Assembly: GCA_951406725.2 (NCBI GenBank)
Contig: OX597820.1
Span: forward strand, 124,992,001-125,056,000
Direction of reading: 5' to 3'
Source: Octopus vulgaris
Lineage: Eukaryota
DNA: 64,000 nt
The translations under genes and the position numbers were made by a program. Shown here in pieces: positions 35,427 to 47,558 of the stretch. The notes under the pieces were generated by a model. The model had not been told where the DNA came from. It made no database searches and was given only the letters and a program-made list of their open reading frames with translations. Within the stretch, counting starts at the first letter, position 1. Each line of letters begins with the position of its first letter.

Positions 35427-36297
35427 CGTGTTATGATCTATAAGTATCCGCACTGTTGCCATGGTATCGAAGCTAAAGCAAACAGAGTGAAATTGCTTGG
35501 CACAGATTGACCTTGATTGCTATTGTGCATGAGCCCTTAGTTTTAACGTTCTAGCTTACTTCCGCTGTTTACAACAGTATTTGAAAGAAAGGTGTGCAGC
35601 GGTGTGATCATCACCTTAAAGATAGCAGTGAAAGTTGAGCAGAGAATCTTCATCAAATTTTGCCAATAGCTTGCCAATACTAGGTCAGAGACCTACACAA
35701 AGTTTTCAAAAGGTTTCCATCGATCACGACACAATTAAGGAGATATTGTGCTACTGAAAGGCAAGTGTCTTTTTGGTCGGCTGAATGCAGTTTTAGCACA
35801 CAATTGGCAGACACGCATCTCATACTCAAATCTTTTGTGATAATGGACTGAACTGAACCGAAACTAATCTGCACATTCTCCAATTACTCACGGATGGTGC
35901 TTCGACGATTTCCTCTCACAGCTGAAGGCACATCTGCGATGCTTGTCTCAATTCTGCCCGTTTCGTGTCTCCCAAAGCGTTCGTCAATATTGACATTTTT
36001 GCCGCCATCTTGGAAACATCTGAACCACTCGTACACTTGTGTGGGACTCATACAATTTCTGTGAGTTTCAGTAGGCCTCAGAGTTGGTATCGCCATGACA
36101 ACTTACTCTCTTATGATAAATGCAACGATCACACGCTACACAACTTCTTTCAAAGCACTACTATAAACAACAGAAGTGAGCTAGAACATTAAAACTTAGT
36201 GTGCATACACATCAGCATTCAAGTCCAATCAGTCCCAGGCGGCCTCACTCTGCGTGCGTTAGTGTCGTTACTATGACAACTGTCCCGATAATTATTG

Positions 36298-36299
<2 letters not shown>
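35427..36299. mobile_element. Mariner-derived foldback element: two 5' ends of one family in inverted orientation
   Basis: 35437-35640 is a diverged reverse complement of ~36095-36298. The + strand encodes a transposase start (KVEQRIFIKFCQ); the - strand encodes MSPTQVYEWFRCFQDG...NRRSTIRE...ISFGSVQSIITKDLSMRCVSA. Confidence 0.78.
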
Positions 36300-36334
<35 letters not shown>

Positions 36335-36336
<2 letters not shown>

Positions 36337-36514
36337 GCTGGAGCACCGCTTTTAGTAAAAAAACTACACCCTAGTACTTATTCTTTTTTAAGCCTAGTAC
36401 TTGTTCTATTGGATTCTTTTGCTGAGCCGCTAAGTGGTGGGGATGTAAACATACCAAGATCGGTTGTGAAACGATGATCGAGGACAAACACACACACACA
36501 CACGCACACACACA

Positions 36515-36597
<83 letters not shown>

Positions 36598-36759
36598 GGC
36601 AGACTTCTTTCAGTTTCCGTCTACCAAATCCATTCACGAGGCTTTTGATGGCCTGATGTTACCATAGAAGACACTTGCTCAAGGTGCCACACAGTGGGAC
36701 TGAAGCCGGACCCATGTAGCTGGTAACCAAGCTGCTTACCACACATCCACTCCTGCACC
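36335..36759 (-). mobile_element. SINE family B
   Basis: Reverse complement of family B with internal (CA)n(TA)n. Confidence 0.82.
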
Positions 36760-37171
36760 GTATATGTATATATATATAGAGAGTGAGAGAGAGAGAAAGA
36801 AAGAGACAGAGACAGATAGAATCAGGCACACAGGAAGAAAGATAGATAGATATAGATAGAAAAAAGAAAGAAAGATAGATAGTTAGATAGATAGACAGAC
36901 AAATACATTCATTAGATATATAGATATGAACGCAGGGATTCAAACACGCAAAATGGTGACATATTTGATAATTATATATCCATACGCACACATATATAGG
37001 TATATTTAGACTGAAAGTAGGATATAAATACGTAGCATTCAGGAAATGGTTGTTCTAATGTAAATGTTAATTATGTCCATGAAAAGTTTATCGAGTTCAT
37101 AAAACCATAAATAGAATATTTACATGACAATTTTAAGTTCAGAAGGGAAGGATCATTCTATCGGCGCACTC

Positions 37172-37335
37172 AGGCGTATGCCTGGTTGCGTAGTAAGATG
37201 TTTACGTCTCAGCTACATTGTTCCAGTTTCTTTCCCACTTCGTGGCATGTTGGAACCGTCTCTTCTATATCTACGAGTTGACCAAAGGATTGTGAGTGGA
37301 TTTGTTAGACAGAAGCTGACAGAAGCGCAGCATAT
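37172..37335 (+). mobile_element. SINE family B, 5' half
   Basis: ggcgtatgcctggttgcgtagtaag...gtgagtggatttgttagacagaagctgacagaagc. Confidence 0.6.
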
Positions 37336-37384
37336 ATTTTTCTATATATGCACATGTGTCTCTGCCTCTCAATCTCTCTCCCTG

Positions 37385-37434
<50 letters not shown>

Positions 37435-37435
37435 C

Positions 37436-37470
<35 letters not shown>

Positions 37471-37874
37471 AGGGTACGGAATTTAAGAATTACATTTTTA
37501 TGAATCGGTTTCAGATTTAATATTCTACCCATCATTAATAAATGTGCTGGAAGTCGAGAAGCAATAGTAACGACTGTAAAACGGCGGAAGAGAAGAATCG
37601 AATTATAAAGTCTAAACCTTTATGAGGTCGATTGCATGAACATATTGGATTTAAATTGTTGGTTGATGGTAATATCAAAATTCCTGATAACTTTTATTGC
37701 ATCCTTTGCGACAAATCGTTCCTCACTTCACCATGTCAGCTTCCTATAATTAGTTTACAGGGGCGGTTACAGACTAATATTGCTCGTATTGTTAGTACAT
37801 ATATCATACATATAATATTTTACTACTGCTACTTTGATGACTTTTGCCGCTTCAACTACTACTACTACTACTAT

Positions 37875-37907
<33 letters not shown>

Positions 37908-37910
37908 CAC

Positions 37911-37954
<44 letters not shown>

Positions 37955-38833
37955 TGTGTGAGAGTGAGAGAGAGTAATATAATAATATTTCTAAATCCCT
38001 CTAAATGAGACTACGCCAGCTGTACCTAATATTAACAGTTATCGCCAAGCAAACATGGCAGTCCAGCAAAATAAGACGTATGCTGCCGTTGGTTATCTCC
38101 AAGAGGCCATCGCCTCTAGCTATCTATGTGACACACGACCCTGTGTCCATTATAACCTTCGAAGTGGGGAGGTCAGCCGCTTCCCCTTGCTGGTCTGGCA
38201 CCTAGAGACTACTTTCAGGGTATTTGCCCCCATCTATGTAGAGCAACCGAACCCAGCAGGCGTCGCTTCTGACCGTCTGTTCGAAGGATTATTTCCCGAA
38301 AATTCAGTGGAATACATCCACTGGTTTTCAAAAATAGAAATATTTCGAAGTCTCTGTTTCAGTCACCAGCGAATGTATAATTTGTGTATGTGTATGTTTG
38401 TGTGCATGTGTGTGTGCATATGTTTGTGTGTGTGTGCATGTGTGTTTTTGTGTGTGTCTGTGTGTGTGCACGCATGATTGTTTGTGAATATACTTACAGT
38501 GGTCATGATTGGAGAAAATGACGGGTATCTTTGTCTCTCCGTTACCGCTGTTTTGTGATTCACACAGAACTCGCAACGAATACATAAGATCAAATTTTTT
38601 TATCTCATGCAATGCAAGCCTTGTTTTACGTAGCTCGTCTAGTTGTCACTAAATCCACAGTCAGCTTGTGTCAAATGAAGGCGGGCAAATCCTTCAGTGA
38701 TAAGAAAGCTAATGATGTACTTCATATATAAGACGAACACTTCATATACGACACTTTTGCCTGTATTATGTCACTCTATTAATAAACGTCCATTAAATGG
38801 AATGACCCGCTTTATTGATTTTATGAACAGCAT

Positions 38834-39243
38834 AGGTGCAGGAGTGGCTGTGTGGTAAGTAGCTTGCTTACCAACCACATGGTTCCGGGTTCAGTCCCAC
38901 TGCGTGGCATCCTGGGCAAGTGTCTTCTGCTATAGCCCCGGGTCGACCAATGCCTCGTGAGGGTATTTGGTAGACGGAAACTGAAAGAAGCCTGTCGTAT
39001 ATATGTATATATATGTATGTGTGTGTATATGTTTGTGTGTCTTTGTTTGTCCCCCTAGCATTGCTTGACAACCGATGTTTGTGTGTTTACGTCCCCGTCA
39101 CTTAGCGGTTCGGCAAAATAGACCGATCGAATAAGTACTGGGCTTACAAAGAATAAGTCCCGGGGTCGATTTGCTCGACTAAAGGCGGTGCTCCAGCATG
39201 ACCGCAGTCAAATGACTGAATCAAGTAAAAGAGTAAAAGAGTA
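38834..39243 (+). mobile_element. tRNA-derived SINE, family B, full length with internal microsatellite
   Basis: ggtgcaggagtggctgtgtggtaag...ccgggttcagtccc...gaaactgaaagaagcc (TA/TG)n ...ctccagcatgaccgcagtcaaatgactg, (gtaaaaga)n tail. Confidence 0.88.
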
Positions 39244-39244
39244 T

Positions 39245-39621
39245 TCTTCTATTATTTTCTTCTTTTAACTGTTTCGGTTATTTCACATCGGTCATTCTGG
39301 AATACCGCCTTTGGTCGAACAAATCGACCCCAAGACTTATTATTTGTAAGCTTAGTACTTATTCTCAGTGTCTTTTGCCAAACCGCTAAGTCTTGGGGAC
39401 GTAATTATTTCAAAATCAGTTGTCAAGCGATGGTGGGGCGACCGACACTAAAAAACACACACTCACAAACATACGACGGGATTCTTTCAGTTATTGCCTA
39501 CCAAATCCAGCTTCAGTTCCACTGCATGACCCACGGAGCGAGTGTGTTCTGCTATAGCCTCGGACCGACCAAAGCCCTGTGAATGGATTTGGTAGACCGA
39601 AACAGAAAGAAGCGTGTCGTG

Positions 39622-39653
<32 letters not shown>

Positions 39654-40028
39654 AGTGTGTGTGTGTGTGTGTGTATGTATGTGTATGTGTGTATGTGTGT
39701 GTGTGTGTCTGTGTTTGTCCCCTACCATCGCTTGACAACCGATGTTGCTGTGTCTACGTCCCCGTTACCTAGCAGTTCGGCAAATGTGGACGATAGAATA
39801 AGTACAAGGTGTACAAAGAATAAGTCCTGGGGTCGATTTGTTTGACTAAAGGTGGTGCTCCAGCATCGCCGCGTTTAAATGACTTAAACAAGTCAATTAA
39901 TAATATGATATTCTTTTATTCTTTTATTTGAGTCATTTGACTGCGGCCATGCTGGGGCACGGCCATTAGTCGAACAAATCGACCCCAGGACTTATTCTTT
40001 GTAAGCTTAGTACTTATTCTCTCGGCCG
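39245..40028. mobile_element. Three family-B SINE pieces in alternating orientation (-, +, -)
   Basis: 39245-39507(-), 39508-39895(+) and 39908-40028(-) each match parts of 38834-39243. Confidence 0.8.
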
Positions 40029-41750
40029 GTTTTTAAAATTTACACAGAAACAATTTTTCTAGGTAGTAAATCATGTGGTGCAGGCCACTCACTTCTAAAA
40101 TAACAATATTCTAAAGAGACCTTTTAAATAACATTATTGATTATTATTGTTTGTGTTGTTCCCGTTTCATAGCGCACATGAGGATTTCAGATTAATATAT
40201 CCCGGTATATATATATATATTTTTGTTTTCTTGCAAAATTGTTTTTGGGTGTTTATCAACTAGCAAACAAAGTATAATAATTATATTTTTAATAATGTAG
40301 GCCGAGCCATTTGCGAAACATTTACACCTGGAAATTACACTATTCAGTGCCAGAATTGGATAATTGAGATGGGATTCTTTGGGGAAATAGACATAAAGAA
40401 ACACAGAAAACTCCAATTACAGGAAACTTTAGACAGAATTCTTCTAAAATGGCATGTGGCCAGAAAAGCCAAAGGTTATAAAACGAATAAAATAATGTTC
40501 ATAAAATCAATATAGAAGCACTGCATTCCATTGCTTAATTACGTTTTATAATTAATTTCATTCAAGAAAACTACGAGGCCGCTTTGTATTTCCAGATTTT
40601 ATATACACTTACTTTACATTTATCGAAATATTTCATTTCTAGCGGTTAATTCAAATAGATTGAATAAATAACGAATTTAGTTACTGCCCGAAAGACATAT
40701 ATATTAAATTTCATATTTAGTTCTCATTGGTTCTCATTGGTTAAGCTGAAATAAAATAATATTGAAATTATCTAAAACAAACACATACGCATACGCGCGC
40801 GTGTTGTTCGCGAGCGATTGTATTTAGGAGTATGACAGTAGTTTCCGAAGGATGAATTCGCATCGAGTGCAAATTTTGAATGTAATTAAGTCTGTATTTG
40901 GTTACTGTCACTATTTTGAAATTCACATGTAACTATTGCAGGGTTTAAAGGAGGAACAAATATCAAGAATTTGGTTATCATTATTGCCTTTTTGAGCAGT
41001 AAACGCGACACCGTCAATTGCAGAGATGCCTTTCCACTGATAAGGGAAGTTTGATCTCCAGTTATTAGCGAAAGCATAATCTTCATTATGTTTCATCTTC
41101 CCTATAGCTAGCATTATATGGAAATGTATGTCAAGGTAAAAAAGAAAAGAAAATGAAAAACAGAATGAAGCCTGGAAAATGTGTTTCTTTATTTGCCACA
41201 CAGGGCTGCACACAGACGGGACAGATTACAAAGTAGAGCTTTTCTTTTTGGGGGAGAGAAAAAAAAGTGAGGTAGGTTTTCGATCAAAAGGAATCATAAA
41301 AGGGAAAGGAGAAAAAAACGAAAAGAAAGAGAAAAAACGATCAAAAAAAGAAACGAAAAGGAAAAAGGATTGCTAAGTAGCATATGGCTGAGGCTGACCG
41401 TAGATTTATTGATTTTTAAAATTATTTTTATTTATTTACAACGTTTTCATTACCAGAATTAGGTACAATAGTGATAGGTACTGTAATTAGATTATTGTAT
41501 TGGAAGTTATAATTAAACTAATAACTATAATCCGATTGTTATAAGTAATATGCATAATATGTATCAACTAAATACATTTAGTTGCTCTTTGATATCTCAG
41601 TAAAACATCCTGTTAGAAAATAATTACAAATCTACTTTAAGGAAAGTAATATAATGGATAATGTTTAAGTTTGTTCCCCTGAAATAACTTTAAGGAAAAT
41701 CGGCTCATTCAGTCGGACACTATTTCATCATCATTATTATTATCATTATG

Positions 41751-41798
<48 letters not shown>

Positions 41799-41800
<2 letters not shown>

Positions 41801-42430
41801 GGAAATGAGCTGGCAGAATCGTTAGCGCGCTGGTTGAAATGCTTAGCAATATTTCTCCCATCGTCACGTTATGAGTAGCAGTTTTGTGCTGGGGTCGATT
41901 AAATCGACAAATCCTCTTTCCCAGAAATTGCTAGCTTTGTGCCAGAATTTGAAACCAATATTATTATTATTAATTCTTTTGTTAAGGCGGGGAGCAGGCT
42001 GGGTTTTATTAGCAGGCTGGGTTTTATGCGAAGCGGGAATTCGTCCGTCTCCACGTTCTGAGTGCAAATTCTGCCGATGTCGGCTTCGCCTTTCATTCTT
42101 TCGGGGTCAATGATAAAAGTACCTATCAAGGACTGGGGTCGTTGAAATCGACTATACCCCTCCCCGCAAAAATTCAGCCATTGTACCTGTAGGAGAAAGG
42201 ATTGTTAATTGCCCTGTTAAGGTGGTGATCTGGTAGAATCGTTAGTACGCCAGGCAAAATGCTATGCAGTATTTCGTCCGTGTTTACGTTCTCAGTGAAA
42301 ATTCCGCCGAAGTAGTCATTGCTTTTCATTTTTCGAGATCGATAAAATAAGCACCAGTTCATCACTCGTGCCAATGTGATCGACCAACCTCCTCCTCACA
42401 AATTGTTACCTTGTGCCAATATCTGAAAGG
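41799..42430 (+). mobile_element. Three tandem family-C SINEs
   Basis: Units start at ~41799, 41983 and 42218 (aagg..gagctggcagaatcgttag); shared gcctttcattctttcggggtc core and ttgtgccagaatttgaaacc end. Confidence 0.8.
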
Positions 42431-43403
42431 AATGATTTTGAGCCATTTCATAAATTAATGAACTGCTTGTCAGCAACCTTACTTTAATCCGGTTTCTTTG
42501 TTTGCAATTTTGGCGGAGGGGACTAGGCGATTACAAATGTGTCGTTAGTAGAAATGATATTAATTATCCTGTACATTGTATTTATTAGACTGGTTATTAC
42601 CGTAAGCTAGGACCTAAATGAGTAAAATATATTGAATTTGTTAGAATTTTCGAGTGATGTAGTACTAAACAATTATCATCTGCACCCAATATATACTTCC
42701 AACTGCAGTAATCTTTACGTTGAAAATTTCGGATTTATCGTTACGTTCAATAATTCGGTTTGCTTTCATGATTCGGACAGTTCTCTATTAAAGCAGTGCC
42801 TTATTATGGCCAAAGCAAATTTATTGGAAACGGAATTTATTACCCAAAAGCTATAGACATCACAAGAAATGAAATACGACTCCGTCTCCAGTGAAATATC
42901 TTGTCACCTTTAGATTTTCCTTCAAATAATATTTTCTTTACAATCTTAAAAAAAACCCAACATTATTTCATACAGAATGCTTTCAAATGTAAAAGAAAAA
43001 CATGAACAGAGGATATGATGATGAATTAAATTCTTTGGAAACTAAAGGGCTGCCCTGGGGCAAAAACACTAACGACGTTAATGACAATTATAACTGATAC
43101 ATTAGAAATAAAAGTAATTATTTTATGGCATATTTTCTAAGTTGTCCCACTATTTTTCTTTTTAATGTAAATATATGCAGGAAAATGTAGTCACGCATTT
43201 CAATCGTAAAACCAAACTGCGCCTTCAGATGGGAAACAAATATCCTTTCACGGAACAATTAAATGTCAAAAGTCAGTTAGTTTGAAAGATATTTTGGTTA
43301 GACAAGGTTTTGATACTCAAGATTGAAAAGAAAGCTTAAATTATGATACAAAAATGTGAGTATGTTTTTATGTATACATACACACTCTCACACACACACA
43401 CAA

Positions 43404-43466
<63 letters not shown>

Positions 43467-44065
43467 TAGAGAGATTTAGATATTTATATATTTATATATA
43501 TATGTTATATAGGGGATTGGGTGAGTGTGTATGCGTGTGTGTGTCTAGTAAGAAACGCATTTAGTTATATCGATCATACTTTGAATTTTGTTTTGCCAAT
43601 AAATGAATATATTTTCCCCTTACATCTAAAGGTTAATAGGTCTTATTATAAGCTATTGGCTGCGCTAGATAAACGGGGGTTATTATTGGAAATATATTCT
43701 TTTAAATATGTGTTCTCCGTTGCACTCTGACATATAAAGTTAATCGTTTGACAACTAAATTTTTTTCATAATCAATTAATATCTCGTATATGCATGTTTA
43801 TTCTAAACTATATATTTGCATATGTACACATGCGAGTGTGTGCATGTGTGTATGTGTGTGTATGTATGTATGTGTGTGTGAGAGAGTGAGAGAGATGAAG
43901 AGAGAAAGAGAGCACATCAAATTTAGTCGAAAGAAATTGTGAATTAACTCAAGAGCCGCGGGATTGTGCATGCTTCTTCATTGAGTTTTCCCGTAACTTC
44001 TGCGATTTAAATAGAAGGAATATATATAATTCTGTTTTATATATTTTCTCTGTACTAGCAAGCCC

Positions 44066-44098
<33 letters not shown>

Positions 44099-44104
44099 TA
44101 TAGA

Positions 44105-44805
44105 ATGTATGATGCCTGTGTACGTACATCTATGCTGCATGGCAGTGAAACATGGTCTTTGATTATAGAGGACTTACGAAGGCCTAAATGAAATGAGCTG
44201 GTATCCTCCGCTGGATGGGTAATGTCAATGTGCACACACAACACAATGTAAATGATGTAAGAAGAAGCTGAGAATAAAAGGCATCGGACGTTGTGCGCAA
44301 GCGCGAAGACTGGGCTAGATTGTCCCTGCAATGCCTATGGATGAAGACAGCTTCAGCGTGAAGGGTAGATCCAAGAAGGCGTTGCACGAAGTGGTGACAA
44401 AGGTTCTTCAGACGCTGGGCCTCACCGGGGAAATGACAAGGGACCGGGAAATGTAGGGATTTGCTGTACCTAACGAAACGCACCAAGCTTAGTAAAATCG
44501 CTGTCATCCATACATTCAGGCTTGTCATTTACAAGTGCCGGCGCCACGTAAAGGGCATATCGCCCACATTGCGTGAACGCGCCTATGCCAGTGGCACATA
44601 AAAAGCACCCTCCATTATCTGTCAAGTGGTTCGAATAAGGAAGAGTATCCAGCCGTAGGAACCATTTCGCAAAGACAATTGAAGTCTGGCCAGCTCCTTT
44701 CAAACCGTGCAACCCATGGTAAACGGACGTTAAACGATAATGATGACTATGATGATGATGGTGGTCGTGGTGATGGTGATGATGATAACGATGATGATGA
44801 TGATA
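44105..44805 (+). mobile_element. Decayed RTE-type LINE 3' end with 3' UTR and (GAT)n tail
   Basis: YDACVRTSMLHGSETWSL...ILRWMGNV...GRSKKA; GAT-rich tail at ~44735-44803. Confidence 0.7.
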
Positions 44806-45268
44806 CATGCATGAAAATGATACATTCATGCATAAAAACATACACACACACATATTCCCAATCACATCTAGTTTGCTCGGGATTTCCTTCACACAATCTT
44901 TCTCTCTTTCCCTGAACTTAAAAGGGGCCGTCGGAAAAGAAATGTTGGAACTGCAATCAACAGTTAACATTGGATATGTATTAAGTGTGATCGTCTTCTG
45001 CTGTCTAAAGCAGGATGCCTGAACCATATGAAGTTATGAAAATCGAAATCCTCTGGGAGATGATAATATTGAACCCCACCCGAGTCTTACAACCTGTGTT
45101 ATATGTCAGAAAAACTTGTAAGACGATATCTGGCCTTAAAAGACATGTGATTGTTCCCATAAACATCCTCTCAGAATCAGGTACCAAACGGCAAAGAGGT
45201 AGAAGAAACTTGAATGCCTGTCACGTGTGTTTTAATGTCTGTCAAAGTGAATCGCTGTGTATATATAT

Positions 45269-45270
<2 letters not shown>

Positions 45271-45363
<93 letters not shown>
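45271..45363 (+). repeat. (AG)n microsatellite
   Basis: Seen directly. Confidence 0.98.
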
Positions 45364-45365
<2 letters not shown>

Positions 45366-45559
45366 CATGACAATCTGATAGAGCAATGCCGGCGATTATG
45401 GTGAGTGGTACATCGTTTCCCATTGAAACTGCTTAAGCCTTTGGAATGTCATCTTCGATGGATGTGGCCGGATGGAATAAACAAAGATGGCTGTTTTTTT
45501 TCTAGCGCTGACCTAAGCCTCTCAAGCTGTTCGCATTAGATCTCCTTTGTTATAGTTTA

Positions 45560-46345
45560 TAAACTAAACGTTTGTATCCCATGAAAGAGATAACAACACC
45601 CTATGTCGAAGAAGACCTTCGTTAGCATGGTGTGCCCCTAATTCTCCTTTCCCATCACACTGTCTCCAGCGCTTGATATTTGTATAGAGAACCCATTTCT
45701 CATCTCCAGTCCTTATTCGGTCCAAAAAAAGGTTCAATTGTGAGACGTGACAACAAAGAAGTGCACACATGCACGCTCTGCGCGCGATTAGACTCGGAAA
45801 GTTTCTGAAGAATCCATTGATCCAATTCGCTGACTTTCCCGATGGCTTACAGATGTTCAATGAATGTTTGAATGACCAAATCCAAGCTTCTCTGCTAGGT
45901 TCTCTACAGTAGCGATGGGGTTACGTTCTACTAGAGTTTGCAGGACGTCCGCCTCGAGCTCTACATATTGTCCAGGAGGCAGCTCGCTTTCTAGGCTGTA
46001 TTTCCGGGCTCGGAATTTCTGGAACCACCGTCGAAACGGGCTACACTTATTGTCCGATCCCCATATACTGTGCTAATATTCCTGGGTCTTTCCATTACGT
46101 TGTTGCCATTATTGAACTCATAAATCAAAATATGCCGAATATGCTCCTTTGTCACTGCCTTTATAGTTTTGAAAAAATAACTATCAAAATCGAACTGCAC
46201 ACTTCAAAGTTTGCAATAAAAATAAGGACAGTGTGAAATTATTACCTGCCTTCATTGCAAGTGATGCAGGTAGTTTATACCGTTCCCACTTCGACTTTTA
46301 TTTCATGCAATGGAAAAAAGCCGCATTATATATTGGATGATCTAA
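45560..46345 (-). mobile_element. Different mariner family, 3'-truncated decayed copy
   Basis: 5' TIR TA-ttagatcatccaatatataatgcgg at 46321-46347; peptides KEHIRHILIYEFNNG...VYGDRTIS and FLDRIRTGDEKWVLYTN. Confidence 0.85.
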
Positions 46346-46349
46346 TAGA

Positions 46350-47558
46350 CGAGGGACGTTCAATAAGTAATGCCTCTGACCTACTTGCATTTGTTTGATC
46401 TACTAGCATTTGTTTGAACTGAGTCAAGTGTGAAATGGAGCCAGTTGAGTGGCGAGCAGTGATCCGGTTTCTGCATTTGAAAGGACGCACACCACGGAAG
46501 ACTTTTGATGAAATGAATGTAACTTATGGTGATGATGCCCCATCATATGACCTTGTAAAACCCTGGCATAGTGAATTCAAACATGGTCGGAACTCTGTGG
46601 AAACAGCTCACAGATCTGGTCACCCCCTTCTGCCATTGATGGGGCACCTGTCCGTCAAGTTGAGGCTGCCATTTTGGAAGATCGACGCATAACTATTCGC
46701 CAAATAGCCCATGGGGTCAAGATTAATACCGGGTCTGTGGAAACTATCATTGATGACCATCTGCACATGGCAAAGGTGTCTGCCAAATGGATTCCCAGGT
46801 TGCTCACACCTTTCCAGAAGCAAGAACGCGTCGAGTGCTTGAAGATTAATTTGGAGATGTGCCAAGAAGATGAGTCAAAATTTTTCAAACTTCTAATTTC
46901 ACAGGATGAAACCTGGGTCCATCACTATGATCCAGAGACCAAAGCCCAGTCAATGCAGAGGAAGCACCGTGACTCACTTCCCCCAAAGAAGGCAAGCGTG
47001 CAGCCCTCACCTGGTAAGGTCATGCTCACAGTCTTCTGGGACCAGGACGGAGTAGTGATGACAGATTTCCCGGCAAAGGATACCACAATTACAGGAGCCT
47101 ATTATGCTTCACTTTTGAGAAAATTAAGAGAAGCTATCAAAATCAAGAGGCGAGGTAAGATTAACAAAGGCATCCTCCTGCTGCAGGACAACGCTCCGGT
47201 CCACAACTCGCGTGTCACCAGATCAGAAGCACAGGCATGCGGCTATGAACTCCTCCCCCATCCCCCTACTCTCCTGACCTTGCACCCTCTGATTTTCACC
47301 TCTTCCCAGCCATGAAGTTGTTTTTGAAAGGAAAGCGTTTCCCAGATGATGCAGCGTTGATTTCTGAAGTCACGTCGTGGTTGGAGGACCAAGCTGGGGT
47401 CTTCTACAAAAACGGACTCCAGAGCTGCATCAAACAATGGGGAAAATGCGTAACTCTGGGTGGTTTTTACGTAGAAAAATACTAATAACTGTGCCAAATT
47501 TCATTGCTCTACTGCTATGGGAAGTGGGTCAGGGGCATTACTTATTGAACGCCCCTCG
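46350..47558 (+). mobile_element. Mariner (DD34D) DNA transposon, second copy of the same family, transposase pseudogene
   Basis: TIRs cgagggacgttcaataagtaatgcctctgacc and ggtcaggggcattacttattgaacgcccctcg-TA; ORF pieces 46435-46692 and 46674-47315 with frameshifts; 34 residues between DNA and PSDF aspartates when the frame is restored. Confidence 0.95.
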
